NCBI GenBank assembly: GCA_963811815.1
Contig: CAWEST010000005.1
Span: forward strand, 72,177-136,176
Length of the DNA: 64,000 nt
Source: an uncultured Acidobacteriota bacterium
Lineage (GTDB): Bacteria; Acidobacteriota; Terriglobia; Acidiferrales; UBA7541
Direction of reading: 5' to 3'
The translations under genes and the position numbers were made by a program. The notes below the pieces were generated by a model. That model made no database searches. It was not told the origin of the DNA and saw nothing but the letters and a program-made list of their open reading frames with translations. Positions 18,342 to 28,695 of the stretch are shown here, piece by piece. Within the stretch, counting starts at the first letter, position 1, and each line of letters begins with the position of its first letter.

Positions 18342-20465
18342 GTGGCGAAATTCCAGTTAGCACTACTCATTCACGCGCATCAACCCGTTGGAAACTTTGA
18401 CGATGTAATGGAGCGCGCCTATCAGCAATCCTACCTGCCTTTCGTGCAAGTCCTCGAACGCCATCCCGTGATTCGCATGGGACTGCATTATTCAGGGGTG
18501 TTGCTCGAGTGGCTGGAGGGCACGCATCCGGAATATTTCGAGCAGCTTCGCGGGCTCGTGAAACGGGGCCAGGTGGAAATCGTGGGAGGCGGTTTTTACG
18601 AGCCAATCCTTGTGGTAATTCCTCCCGAAGACCGTTTGGAACAGATCACGAGGCTCGCGGATTACATCGAGAAACATTTTGGCCGGCGTCCCAAGGGAGC
18701 ATGGCTTGCAGAGCGGGTCTGGGAGCCTCAGCTTCCGTCATCGCTCGGTGCCGCGGGAGTTGAATACACTCTGGTTGACGACAACCATTTCCTGGGCGCG
18801 GGTTTTGAGTTGGAACAACTATTCGGCTACTACACCGCCGAAGATCAATGCCATTGGGTGAAGCTTCTTCCCGGGCTGAAATCGCTGCGATACCTGATCC
18901 CTTTCCGCGGCGTGGAAGAGACTACTCAATTCTTGCGCCGAGCCGCAGCCGAGCATCCGGGTGGTTTCGCCTCCATGGGCGACGACATGGAAAAGTTCGG
19001 CGTGTGGCCCGGAACGTACGATCATTGCTATCGGGATCGCTGGCTCGAAAAGTTTTTCTCCGAGCTTGAACGAAATGTCGATTGGCTCGAGACCAGCACG
19101 CCCGCTGATAGCGTCTCTTCGCACGTGCCATTCGGCCGAGCCGACGTTCCCACTGCGTCTTATAGTGAAATGATGGAATGGGCGCTGCCCACCCCGGCGC
19201 GAAATCGCTACCACGCGCTGAGCGTGGAATTCGCGAACCGTCCGGCGGACTTGCCTTTCCTGCGCGGCGGCATTTGGAGAAATTTCTTCTCGAAGTATTG
19301 CGAATCGAATCTTCTGCACAAGAAAATGCAGCATGTTTCGGCGAAAGTCCGCCGCCTGGACCAAAGCCGCCGGCACGACAAGCCGTTTCTTGCCGGTCGC
19401 GATCAGGCCAAAACGCTCGTGCTGCGCGGCCAATGCAACGACGCCTACTGGCACGGCATTTTCGGCGGGCTCTATTCGCCTCATCTGAGGACGGCACTCT
19501 GGCGCTCGCTGGTTCAGGCAGAAGCTATCGCCGATTCTCTTGCGCATCGCGGCCGGCAATACGCCGACGTAGCAACAATTGATTTCAATGCTGACGGCCG
19601 CGAGGAAATCTATTTCTACTCCGACCGCTACGCGGCGGTTCTCGTGCCACACGATGGAGCTACGATTTCCGCCATCGATTGCCGCGAGTCCAATGCCGCG
19701 TTGGTTAATTCGCTCTGTAGGAAGCCGGAGGCGTACCATGCGGCTCTGAAGAATTTAACTGCAAAGAGCACGCAAGGTGTTCAGTCCATTCACGAACAGA
19801 CGCGCATGAAGGAACCGGGCCTGGAGCGCTTTCTGAATTACGATCGCTGGCCGCAGAATGCCTTTCGGTTGAAGCTTTTCGGACGCGGCAAGAAATATGA
19901 AGATTGCGCAACCGTGCGACTCGATGAAGATGCCGGTCTGGCGGGCGGCAGGTATCGCCTCGTGGACCTGTCGCCCGCAAAAGCAACCTTTGCGTCGGAA
20001 GAAAGCGCGGATTGGCCCGCTGAAAAGACATTTTCATTTGCCACCACGCCGATGGGCTTTGAAATTATGTGCGACGTGAGGTTGCGGCGCAGCGCGCCCG
20101 GCACAGCTTCCGTGTTCGTGGGAATCGAGGCAATCATAAATTTTCTGGCGCCCTCCGCCCCGGACCGATATTTTGAAACCCACGGCCAGCGCTATCCGTT
20201 ACGTTGGGGCGCGGCAACTCCCGCTTCCGAATTGCGCGTCGTAGATGAGTGGCAGGGAATCAGTGTGACGCTCGGCGCGCCGAACGCGCAAGATTTTTGG
20301 GTGACGCCCATAGAAAGCGTGTCGGAATCAGAAGACGGTTTCGAGCGCATCTACCAGGGGTCGCAGATCATCGCAGTTTGGCCCGTGGAATTGGCGCTGG
20401 GCACGGAATGGAAGGGAAAACTTTCCCTAAGAATCGAACGCCTGCCGGAGAAAACAAAAGTTTGA
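18342..20465 (+). CDS. Glycoside hydrolase family 57 protein (4-alpha-glucanotransferase/amylase type, with DUF1925/1926-like C-terminal half)
   Basis: LLIHAHQPVGNF, EIVGGGFYEPIL, WLAERVWEP and DDMEKFG motifs. GTG start. Confidence 0.85.
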   Translation: MAKFQLALLIHAHQPVGNFDDVMERAYQQSYLPFVQVLERHPVIRMGLHYSGVLLEWLEGTHPEYFEQLRGLVKRGQVEIVGGGFYEPILVVIPPEDRLEQITRLADYIEKHFGRRPKGAWLAERVWEPQLPSSLGAAGVEYTLVDDNHFLGAGFELEQLFGYYTAEDQCHWVKLLPGLKSLRYLIPFRGVEETTQFLRRAAAEHPGGFASMGDDMEKFGVWPGTYDHCYRDRWLEKFFSELERNVDWLETSTPADSVSSHVPFGRADVPTASYSEMMEWALPTPARNRYHALSVEFANRPADLPFLRGGIWRNFFSKYCESNLLHKKMQHVSAKVRRLDQSRRHDKPFLAGRDQAKTLVLRGQCNDAYWHGIFGGLYSPHLRTALWRSLVQAEAIADSLAHRGRQYADVATIDFNADGREEIYFYSDRYAAVLVPHDGATISAIDCRESNAALVNSLCRKPEAYHAALKNLTAKSTQGVQSIHEQTRMKEPGLERFLNYDRWPQNAFRLKLFGRGKKYEDCATVRLDEDAGLAGGRYRLVDLSPAKATFASEESADWPAEKTFSFATTPMGFEIMCDVRLRRSAPGTASVFVGIEAIINFLAPSAPDRYFETHGQRYPLRWGAATPASELRVVDEWQGISVTLGAPNAQDFWVTPIESVSESEDGFERIYQGSQIIAVWPVELALGTEWKGKLSLRIERLPEKTKV

Positions 20466-20549
20466 GACGGGAATTCACCATCGCGAGGGCAGTTGCCGGG
20501 AATCGGCAGGCTCTGCTAGAGTGCGCCAGAAGAAAAAATGGAGGAAGCT

Positions 20550-20723
20550 ATGGCCGTATCCAAGGAATTGCTCGACATTTTGGTCTGCCCCGTAGATAAG
20601 ACGCCGGTAGTTCTCACGGCCGATAAAAGCGGACTGAAATGCTCGGCGTGCAGGCGCGTCTATCCCATCCGCGATGACATTCCGGTCATGCTGATCGACG
20701 AAGCGCGTATCGACGCGAAATAA
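20550..20723 (+). CDS. Trm112-family (UPF0434) small zinc-ribbon-like protein
   Basis: MAVSKELLDILVCPVDKTPV ... YPIRDDIPVMLIDEA. GGAGGA lies 5 nt upstream of ATG 20550; an alternative ATG is at 20538. Confidence 0.85.
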   Translation: MAVSKELLDILVCPVDKTPVVLTADKSGLKCSACRRVYPIRDDIPVMLIDEARIDAK

Positions 20724-20744
20724 TTATTCAGCGTAAGTCGGGGT

Positions 20745-21164
20745 CTATGGCGGGAAGCCCAGCGATTGATCCTTAAATTGCACCCAAATGCGCACTTCTT
20801 GAGTTTTATTTTGCTTTGCTTCGTCATGACTGTCGGGAAAAGGTTGATACGGACTTACTTTGATCGTAGCAACTGCCCCCGAAGCCTCGCCGCCTGAAGC
20901 CGCGGCCATACGCTCGATGTGGTCTACATGATAGCTCTTGATCGTGCCGTAATAGCCGTTGGGACCCCAATCCTCGAGGAAATCCTTGAAGGAATACGTC
21001 GGGGTCGGCTTCCAGATTCGATAGGCCTCATCCATATTTCCTGCAGCAATGGTGTCCATAAAATGGCGGACGGTTTTTTCTTCGTTGTGAAAGCGAAGTT
21101 GATACGCAGCGAAGAGTGCGACAAGTACGATGAAGACCACACCCGTGATGATGTAGCGCATCAT
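20745..21164 (-). CDS. Membrane-anchored hypothetical protein, last gene of the ABC-2 efflux operon
   Basis: MMRYIITGVVFIVLVALFAAYQL anchor followed by a ~115-aa soluble domain. The start is uncertain: ATG at 21164 or TTG at 21221, abutting the upstream stop. Confidence 0.5.
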   Translation of the reverse strand: MMRYIITGVVFIVLVALFAAYQLRFHNEEKTVRHFMDTIAAGNMDEAYRIWKPTPTYSFKDFLEDWGPNGYYGTIKSYHVDHIERMAAASGGEASGAVATIKVSPYQPFPDSHDEAKQNKTQEVRIWVQFKDQSLGFPP

Positions 21165-21221
21165 CTTCGCTGGCGGATGCTCCTCGGTTGAATCAAAAAG
21201 TCCCACGAACGCTCCTTGCAA

Positions 21222-22340
21222 TTACAGTTGGCGTTTGAACAGCGCCAGGCACCCCGCAATCATGACGACTGAGATGCCCAACAAAACTAACACGTCCTTG
21301 TAAATTCCTTCAATGCCCGTGTCTTTGAGGGTCAGGTTTCGCAGCGCGTGCACCGTATAAGTGAAGGGGTCGATAATCGAGATCCAGCGAAGCCAGCGAG
21401 GGAAAGCTTGAATCGGATAGACCGCGCCGGAAGGGAAGAATAGCAGCGTATTGAGAACGCCGAACGTCGCGCGCGGCACCAGCGGATCGTCCACGCGGAC
21501 CATCAGCAGAAACATGAAACTCATCATGGCAATGGCCGCTGCGGTCACCACGATCGCCAGATAAAACAGCCGCACGGGATCCCAGATTCGCGGAATTCCC
21601 GCAATCATCCCGCCAATGACGGTCAGCACCATTCCAGCCATTAACCCCTTGATTGTGCCCGCGCCGATTAGGCCTGCCACCAGTTCCGTTTTCTTGATGG
21701 GAGTTACAAGATAGCCTTCGTGCAGACCGCGCGCCTTGTCATCAATGAAAGTAATTCCGCCGCCAATCATGGCCACCACAAAGATGGAAAGCGCAATCGA
21801 ACCCGCCAGCAGATATTTGATGTAATCGATGTACGGATAAATTTCCACGGTGTCCAACTGTATTTGGTTCGCCAGCCGCGGCGTGACGTCCGGAGCGTTG
21901 AGTTGCTCCACCATCTGTTGGACCCGCTCCAGAACCGCGCTCGAGATGAATTGGTCGGTATTGTCCTCCATAAAAGCTATGCGTGGGCGATCGCGGTGGT
22001 AGAAGCGCTGCGAAAAATTCCGCGGCACGTAAATGACTGCGCGGACATAACCGTTGCGAAGGTCTTCGTCCGCCTTTTCCGGAGAATTATAATCAATCAC
22101 GTGAAAGGTTCGCGGTCCGGCGGCAATCCCGTTAAACATTTCACGAATCTCTTGCGATTCCGCCGAATTGTCCATATCCACGAAAGCGACCTGGACGCCG
22201 GTGACCTTGCCGCCAAATGCGTAGCCCAGCACGACCAACTGCATCAGCGGGAAAATCATGGAAGTCATCATCAAGGCCGGGCTGCGGAAGAATTTGCGCA
22301 GATCGCGCTCGATCAACGCCCATACGCGGCCGAAATTCAT
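21222..22340 (-). CDS. ABC-2 type transporter permease
   Basis: 372 aa. N-terminal TM, extracytoplasmic loop and a five-TM C-terminal block typical of ABC-2 permeases. Confidence 0.85.
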   Translation of the reverse strand: MNFGRVWALIERDLRKFFRSPALMMTSMIFPLMQLVVLGYAFGGKVTGVQVAFVDMDNSAESQEIREMFNGIAAGPRTFHVIDYNSPEKADEDLRNGYVRAVIYVPRNFSQRFYHRDRPRIAFMEDNTDQFISSAVLERVQQMVEQLNAPDVTPRLANQIQLDTVEIYPYIDYIKYLLAGSIALSIFVVAMIGGGITFIDDKARGLHEGYLVTPIKKTELVAGLIGAGTIKGLMAGMVLTVIGGMIAGIPRIWDPVRLFYLAIVVTAAAIAMMSFMFLLMVRVDDPLVPRATFGVLNTLLFFPSGAVYPIQAFPRWLRWISIIDPFTYTVHALRNLTLKDTGIEGIYKDVLVLLGISVVMIAGCLALFKRQL

Positions 22341-22379
22341 CGCCCGAAGCCTTTCACGGTTTCGTCTGGCGCATTGCGG

Positions 22380-23363
22380 CTAACGATAAAGGTGGCCAAT
22401 GTCATAGCGCGCTCCTTCTTTCGACGCATCCCGCAAATCGTTTCCGGTGTAATGCACGAAAACGTCGTCGAGAGTCGTACTCTGCACGGAAACCCTGCGG
22501 ACGACCACGCCTCGCGAGCGCGTCAAATCCATCAACGCAGCAATGGTTGCCGGCCCGTCATTCGACGCAATATGAACCACGCCGTCGCGGTCGGTTACGT
22601 TGGAAACGTGAGCCAGTGCCTGCAACTGCGCGGCCCAATCAGGCGGAGCCTTTTCAAATTCAGCTTCGACGGTGTCCGTTCCTGAAATGCTGTCCTTCAG
22701 CCGCGCCGGTGAATCCAGAGCCGCGAGTACCCCGTGATCCACAATCGCGATGCGGTCGCAAAGCTTGTCGGCTTCGTCCATGTAGTGCGTGGTGATTAAG
22801 ATGGTGAGCTCAGATTTTTCACGCAGCGCGCGAATCATTTGCCAGACATTTGTCCTTGAAACCGGATCCAGGCCAGTCGTCGGCTCATCGAGAAACAATA
22901 TTTTCGGGGAATGAATCAATCCGCGCGCAATTTCAAGCCGCCGCCTCATGCCGCCGGAGAAAGTACGAACCAGCGCATCCTTGAACTTGAGCAAGTCCAC
23001 GTCCGAGAGCAAATCGTGGATGATCTGGCCGCGCTTCTGCCGGGGAACGCCGTAGAGTTTTGCGTGGACCTCCATATTCTCCACGGCGGTAAGCTCCGGA
23101 TCCGAAGTCAGCGCCTGGGGAATCACGCCCATGGCAAAACGAACGCCGTTCGCGTCGTCGCGAATATCGTGCCCGGCGATGCGCGCAGTGCCGGAGGTTG
23201 GCGGCGTAAGTGTCGTCATCATGCGAATGAGAGTGGTCTTCCCCGCGCCGTTGGGACCCAGCAAACCGAAAATCTCCTGTTGCGCGACATTGAAACTGAT
23301 GTCGTTGACGGCCACCAGGTCGCCGAACTTTTTCGTAAGATGATCCACTTCGATTGCATTCAT
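22380..23363 (-). CDS. ABC transporter ATP-binding protein (DrrA/ABC-2 subfamily)
   Basis: GPNGAGKTT, FSGGMRRRLEIARGL and ILFLDEPTTGLD. Confidence 0.92.
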   Translation of the reverse strand: MNAIEVDHLTKKFGDLVAVNDISFNVAQQEIFGLLGPNGAGKTTLIRMMTTLTPPTSGTARIAGHDIRDDANGVRFAMGVIPQALTSDPELTAVENMEVHAKLYGVPRQKRGQIIHDLLSDVDLLKFKDALVRTFSGGMRRRLEIARGLIHSPKILFLDEPTTGLDPVSRTNVWQMIRALREKSELTILITTHYMDEADKLCDRIAIVDHGVLAALDSPARLKDSISGTDTVEAEFEKAPPDWAAQLQALAHVSNVTDRDGVVHIASNDGPATIAALMDLTRSRGVVVRRVSVQSTTLDDVFVHYTGNDLRDASKEGARYDIGHLYR

Positions 23364-23382
23364 TGTTTGTTCCGAATCCGTT

Positions 23383-24456
23383 TCACAAGCGTGCGAACCA
23401 GCTCTTCCTCGCGGGCGGAGGAAGCAAAACGGTCGCCGTCATTCCCGTAAACAAACGCCGGCCCGGGTTTGGAATTGATACTTTGATTGCAAACGTTTTG
23501 ATGTCACGCTTCGTGCGACTCACGTCACGCTGCGTGGCGAAGTCGTTCTCCACGCCTTTGAAGAACACCGGCCCTTCGAGTATGTCCCCTGAGGGCAGCC
23601 TGATGCGCAGTTTTTGCCCAAACTCGATCGAATCGACATACGATTCTTCCACGTCCGCGTGAACCCATAAGTGGTCCACATCCACGATCACCACGATTGG
23701 CGACCCCTGCGCCACAACTTCTCCCTGTTTGGCCACCCGCACAGAGACGATCCCGTCAATCGGGGCGTAAATCTTTGTATAACCGAGTTGCGCCGATACT
23801 TGCGCTGCTGTTGCTCGCGCTTGCTCCAGCTGCGCGATTGTGGTGTTTACGGCGCTCTCTCGCGCGGCCACCTGCTTGCGGTTTTCCTGCGCGACGATCT
23901 GGGTCGCAGCTGCGGCCTTCACCGCCTCTTCCAGCATTTCCACATTGGCTTGCGAGATTTTTACCGCGGCCTCGGCGTGGTCGCGGTCCTGCGCTGAGAC
24001 CTCTCCCTTGTCGAACAATTGCTGCATGCGCTTCAAGTCGTCCTGGTCACGACCCAGTTGCGCGCGCGTGGGGCCGAGTTGCGCCTTGGCGGACGCCACC
24101 CTCGCCTCCGCCTCCGTCACCGACGCATCCGTCTGGCCGTTCGTCCATGAATAATTGTGGTTGGCCTCATTGACCTGCGCTTCCAGGCTATCCACGTTAG
24201 CCTTCGCCGCGGAAAGGGATGCTTGCAGTTCCTTCGAATCGAGCTCCGCGATCAGGTCGCCCTTCTTCACCACCGATCCCTCGTCCACTGTCAAATTGAC
24301 GATCCGCCCGGTGATCTGCGGGCTCACCACGACTTCGTTGCCGTCGATAACGCCGGTTAAGGGGATGTACTTCCCACTCGGAGTTGTGAAGTAATACACC
24401 ACGGCGGTAATCAGCAATATCACTCCGATAAATGAAAGAAATTTGCGGCCGGTCAT
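23383..24456 (-). CDS. HlyD-family membrane fusion / periplasmic adaptor protein
   Basis: N-terminal TM, lipoyl-like GRIVNLTVDEGSVVKKGDLIAELD, a long coiled coil and IYAPIDGIV. Confidence 0.88.
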   Translation of the reverse strand: MTGRKFLSFIGVILLITAVVYYFTTPSGKYIPLTGVIDGNEVVVSPQITGRIVNLTVDEGSVVKKGDLIAELDSKELQASLSAAKANVDSLEAQVNEANHNYSWTNGQTDASVTEAEARVASAKAQLGPTRAQLGRDQDDLKRMQQLFDKGEVSAQDRDHAEAAVKISQANVEMLEEAVKAAAATQIVAQENRKQVAARESAVNTTIAQLEQARATAAQVSAQLGYTKIYAPIDGIVSVRVAKQGEVVAQGSPIVVIVDVDHLWVHADVEESYVDSIEFGQKLRIRLPSGDILEGPVFFKGVENDFATQRDVSRTKRDIKTFAIKVSIPNPGRRLFTGMTATVLLPPPARKSWFARL

Positions 24457-25088
24457 CGGGACCTCGCTTGCCTGCGCATTAATCCGTGCTCCAGAAAGTC
24501 AAGGAGCGCGCCCTTCCGTATTTTCAGTGCTTGCGCGGAAAGAAAATCGTGGCCTACCACCCGGCTCATCACCGGAGCGGAGGCGAAATAAAATACGGTC
24601 ATACCTATCAGCGTAAAAACGGTCTGATGCGCGTCCACTTTGCGGAATTCGCCGGACGCCACTCCGTCCTCGATCAAGCCGGTAAGCCGCTTGTGAAACG
24701 GGCGGAAATATTCGCGGACGATCCAATCGATCTTGGAAGTTTCCATCACTTCGCGTTGAACCAGCCGCGGGTAGTTCGGATGCGAAGCCAGAAAGTCAAA
24801 ATATCCGTTCACCCAGGCAATCAGGCGATCGCGCGAACTGGTCTTGGCCGCTGCGGCGCCAAAGGTGTCGTTACGAAGTTGCCGCAGAAGATTTTCCATC
24901 ACGGCACGGTGCAGGCGCCGCTTGTCCCCGAAGTAATAGTAGAGCATGGCCTTATTCGCATGGGCGGCCGCGGCAATTTCGTCCGTTCGCGCGCCGGCCA
25001 TCCCTTGGGCGGCGAAGTGCTCTTCCGCCGCGGCTAAAATGCGGCGGGCGGTTAACGGATTTTCAACCTTCTTGCGCCCTGTTCGCAT
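24453..25088 (-). CDS. TetR/AcrR-family transcriptional regulator
   Basis: ILAAAEEHFAAQGMAGARTDEIAAAAHANKAMLYYYFGDKRRL HTH region. ATGA overlap with the HlyD gene. Confidence 0.9.
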   Translation of the reverse strand: MRTGRKKVENPLTARRILAAAEEHFAAQGMAGARTDEIAAAAHANKAMLYYYFGDKRRLHRAVMENLLRQLRNDTFGAAAAKTSSRDRLIAWVNGYFDFLASHPNYPRLVQREVMETSKIDWIVREYFRPFHKRLTGLIEDGVASGEFRKVDAHQTVFTLIGMTVFYFASAPVMSRVVGHDFLSAQALKIRKGALLDFLEHGLMRRQARSR

Positions 25089-25121
25089 CTCTCGTTCGAT
25101 CTCACTAAAGAAGAATTCTTT

Positions 25122-25137
25122 AACTAACTAGTTAGTT
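25122..25137. promoter_or_regulatory. Perfect 16-bp palindrome AACTAACTAGTTAGTT, 34 nt upstream of the TetR start; candidate TetR operator
   Basis: Read directly at 25122-25137. It lies in an AT-rich stretch between the ddl stop and the TetR start. Confidence 0.55.
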
Positions 25138-25206
25138 TAATTAGCATGGCTCCGTTCTGTCAAGGGGAGGGGTCCTTAGATTGATACGCCTGCAGAGGGA
25201 AAAAGA

Positions 25207-26340
25207 TTACGCGTCGAGAGCCCCGCCGGCGCCTGCCGGAAGATCGATGGAATATTTTGTGCGGGCCTTTTCAGCATGCAGTTCAAGCGCGAGGTCTATA
25301 AGCCGGTCGATTAATTGCATATAGGGCAGGCCGGAAGCCTCCCACAGTTTTGGATACATACTGATGGACGTAAAACCGGGGATGGTATTCAGCTCGTTGA
25401 CGTATATTTTGCCGGTACGGCGCTCCAGGAAAAAATCACAACGTGCCATACCGCAACCGTCAATTGCCCGAAACGCCTGCACGGCGAAATCCTGAAAGAC
25501 CGCTACCTGCTGCTTGGTCAGCGGCGCGGGAATCAATAGACTTGTTCCACCCTCCAGGTACTTTGCCGTGTAGTCGTAGTATTCCCGATGAGGAACAATC
25601 TCGCCGGGAATCGAAGCGCGCAAATCATCGTTGCCCAGCACGGCAACTTCGATTTCCCGGCCCACAATGCCGCGCTCGATGACAATTTTCAGCGCAAATT
25701 CCGCCGCCAGATCCATCGCGGCAGAAATCTCGTTCGCTGCTTTCACCCGCGTCATTCCCACCGAAGAACCCAGCGTGGCCGGCTTCACGAAGAACGGAAA
25801 ACGAAATTTCTTTTTGATCGCCTTCAAGACCGCAGTGCGCTTGTGCTCCCATTCCGAGCGTCGCGCGACCATAAACGGGACGACCGGCAATCCAGCTTGT
25901 TCGAACAGCCGCTTCTGCACATCCTTATCCATGCCCACCGCAGAAGCCAGGACGCCCGCTCCCACGTATGGCAGTCCGGCAAGTTCCATCAGCCCTTGTA
26001 TTGTGCCGTCTTCCCCAAAAGTGCCGTGGATGACCGGAAACATCACATCCACCATTACGCTCGGACGTCCGGCAGCGGGCACCAGCGGAACGAGCGTGGC
26101 AGCCGTGGGATCGGAAGGGAGAATCACGCGATCGCCCGACTTCAAAACTTCCGCAAGCATATCGTGTGCGCCGCGGCCCAAAAGCCATCGGCCGTCTTTC
26201 GAAATGCCGATCGGCACAGCTTCGTATTTTTCCGGATCCAGCGCGCGAATTACGGATGCCGCGGAAGCCAACGAGACTTCATGCTCGCCCGACCGTCCGC
26301 CAAAGAGCACGCCAATACGCAAGCGTTTCCGGGAAATCAT
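25207..26340 (-). CDS. ddl: D-alanine--D-alanine ligase
   Basis: RIGVLFGGRSGEHEVSL, PVIHGTFGEDGTIQG, FVKPATLGSSVG and VNELNTIPGFT. Confidence 0.92.
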   Translation of the reverse strand: MISRKRLRIGVLFGGRSGEHEVSLASAASVIRALDPEKYEAVPIGISKDGRWLLGRGAHDMLAEVLKSGDRVILPSDPTAATLVPLVPAAGRPSVMVDVMFPVIHGTFGEDGTIQGLMELAGLPYVGAGVLASAVGMDKDVQKRLFEQAGLPVVPFMVARRSEWEHKRTAVLKAIKKKFRFPFFVKPATLGSSVGMTRVKAANEISAAMDLAAEFALKIVIERGIVGREIEVAVLGNDDLRASIPGEIVPHREYYDYTAKYLEGGTSLLIPAPLTKQQVAVFQDFAVQAFRAIDGCGMARCDFFLERRTGKIYVNELNTIPGFTSISMYPKLWEASGLPYMQLIDRLIDLALELHAEKARTKYSIDLPAGAGGALDA

Positions 26341-26380
26341 TGGGGGGCCCGAACGGTTGAACAAAGAATATGCATAGAAA

Positions 26381-27292
26381 TCACAGAATTTTCTTTCCCA
26401 GTCCCGACAAAACGAGTTCGACGCCGAGGAGCGCGGTCATGTTGTGCAAGTCGATCACGGGATTAATTTCCACCAGCTCAAAGGAGACCATCGAGCGGCT
26501 GTCCGCAATCATTTCCAGAGCCAGGTGCGCTTCGCGGTAGGTAACGCCACCGCGAACGGGAGTTCCCACGCCGGGGGCGTCTGTAGGGTCCACAAAATCC
26601 ATGTCCAGGCTCACTGAAATCCCCGCAGTGTCGTCGCCGGCAAATCGCAACGCGTCGGTCATGACCTCGCGCATTCCGCGTTCATCAATATCTCGCATGG
26701 TGAAAATATGAACGCCCGATTCTTTCACCAGGCGGCGCTCCTTCGCGTCCAGATCGCGAATGCCGACCAACGCCACATTGCGCGGTTCGACCATGGGCTT
26801 AATGCCGGCGAGGTCCGTAAGCTCCGGAGGACCATAACCCATAATGGCAGCGAGAGGCATGCCGTGAACGTTTCCGGAAGGCGAGGATTCCGGCGTGTTC
26901 ATATCGCCGTGTGCGTCAAGCCAAATGACTCCGATGCGCTTGGACTGTTTGTTGAAATGCGCCGCGGTACCGGCAGTTGTTCCGACTGCAATGGAATGGT
27001 CGCCCCCGAGCACAACCGGCACCAGGTCCTCGTCGAGCGTTTTCTTCACCATCTCCGCGAGGCCTTTGCAGGCTTCGGCAATCTCGTCGAGGTATCTGGC
27101 ACGTTTTTCGCCGTAGGGTTTTTCCTCGGGCTGAGGGACCACCACGTTGCCGATATCTTCTACCTGACGGCCAAGCTGCTTCAGCCGCGCCTGCAATCCA
27201 GCGACGCGCAACGCCGAGGGACCCATGTCCACACCGCGGCGGCTCTGACCCAAGTCCATCGGCACACCGATGATTCTTATTTTGTCTGGCAT
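26381..27292 (-). CDS. Arginase
   Basis: Ureohydrolase Mn motifs GGDHSIAVG, WLDAHGDMNTP and SLDMDFVDP. The overall pattern is RocF-like. Confidence 0.88.
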   Translation of the reverse strand: MPDKIRIIGVPMDLGQSRRGVDMGPSALRVAGLQARLKQLGRQVEDIGNVVVPQPEEKPYGEKRARYLDEIAEACKGLAEMVKKTLDEDLVPVVLGGDHSIAVGTTAGTAAHFNKQSKRIGVIWLDAHGDMNTPESSPSGNVHGMPLAAIMGYGPPELTDLAGIKPMVEPRNVALVGIRDLDAKERRLVKESGVHIFTMRDIDERGMREVMTDALRFAGDDTAGISVSLDMDFVDPTDAPGVGTPVRGGVTYREAHLALEMIADSRSMVSFELVEINPVIDLHNMTALLGVELVLSGLGKKIL

Positions 27293-27335
27293 TTTGTTGT
27301 GTCTTTCGCGCCCTCGGCTTCAGGGCGAAGGAACA

Positions 27336-28661
27336 TTAAGGATAGACGCGATAGAGCATCCGAGGGAAGGGAATCACTTCGCGGATGTGCTCCGTTCCGC
27401 AAATCCAGGCCACGGTGCGTTCCAGCCCAAGCCCGAACCCAGCGTGCGGAACGCTGCCGTAACGGCGCAAGTCGAGGTACCACTGAAATGCTTCCTCGGG
27501 TAAGTTGTGCTCGCGAAGGCGTTTAACCAGCGTGTCATAATTTGCCAGGCGCTCGCCGCCGCCGATTATTTCGCCGTAGCCTTCCGGAGCGATCATGTCG
27601 AAGCTCAGTGAAAGGTCAGGGCGCTGCTCATCCGTAGCCATATAAAAGGCCTTCATGGCTGCGGGGTAACGGTGAATGATTACGGGCTTCTCGAATTCCT
27701 TCGAGAGAATCGTTTCCTCATCTCCGCCGAAGTCGTCGCCCCACTTGGCGGGGTTGCCGGCTTTCTGCAAAACTTTGATTGCTTCGTCGTAACTCACGCG
27801 AGGAAAGGGCGGCACGATCTTTTCCAGCTTCGAAATGTCGCGCTGAATCGTCTCGAGTTCACGAGTGCGATTTTTAACCACGGATTGCACCACCGCGCTT
27901 ACCAGCCCCTCGCCGAGTTGGACCATATCCTCCAGATGCGCGAATGAGGCTTCCGGCTCGAGCATCCAGAATTCTGTCAGATGGCGGCGAGTCTTGGATT
28001 TCTCAGCGCGAAATGTTGGCCCGAACGTGTAGACCTTGCCGAGTGCTGCGGCTGTCGCTTCCACGTAGAGCTGGCCCGATTGCGTCAGATAGGCCTTCTG
28101 ATCGTCAATGTAGTTCACTTCAAAGAGCGTGGATGTTCCTTCGCAGGCTGCGGGCGTAAAGATAGGCGCGTCCGTGAGCGTATAGCCTTGGCTATCCATA
28201 TAAATTCGCGCGCTGAGCTCTGCCTCTGCGCGTATGCGCAGAATGGCAGCTTGGCGCGGCGTGCGAATCCACAGATGGCGGCGATCCAGAAGAAAATCCA
28301 CGCCGTGCTCTTTTAGCTGGATCGGGTAAGGTTCTGAATCGGATACTCGCTGCACGACTTCCACTTCGCTGACGTGCATCTCAAACCCGCCCGTCGCGCG
28401 CGCCTCGGCGCGAATTGTGCCGGTGACAATCACGCTCGATTCTTGCGGGAGACCTTTGAGGGCATTGAACGCTTCCGCGTGCTCTTTCTGCGAGACGACA
28501 CCTTGAATCACACCGGTGCCATCGCGAAAAATAGGGAAAAGGAGTTTGCCCGATTCGCGCTGGTTGTAGAGCCAGCCCTGAATTGTCACGGTGCTGCCGA
28601 CATGCTGGCCGGCGTGCTCAATGGTGATGATGGTTGCGCCTGATTGCTTATCCTGAGTCAT
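27336..28661 (-). CDS. asnS: Asparagine--tRNA ligase
   Basis: OB-fold N-terminus ([24 protein letters not shown]). Class II motifs [21 protein letters not shown] and [10 protein letters not shown]. Confidence 0.9.
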   Translation of the reverse strand: MTQDKQSGATIITIEHAGQHVGSTVTIQGWLYNQRESGKLLFPIFRDGTGVIQGVVSQKEHAEAFNALKGLPQESSVIVTGTIRAEARATGGFEMHVSEVEVVQRVSDSEPYPIQLKEHGVDFLLDRRHLWIRTPRQAAILRIRAEAELSARIYMDSQGYTLTDAPIFTPAACEGTSTLFEVNYIDDQKAYLTQSGQLYVEATAAALGKVYTFGPTFRAEKSKTRRHLTEFWMLEPEASFAHLEDMVQLGEGLVSAVVQSVVKNRTRELETIQRDISKLEKIVPPFPRVSYDEAIKVLQKAGNPAKWGDDFGGDEETILSKEFEKPVIIHRYPAAMKAFYMATDEQRPDLSLSFDMIAPEGYGEIIGGGERLANYDTLVKRLREHNLPEEAFQWYLDLRRYGSVPHAGFGLGLERTVAWICGTEHIREVIPFPRMLYRVYP

Positions 28662-28695
28662 TTACCTGCCTGTGAATTATTTTTGATGGCCAGAT

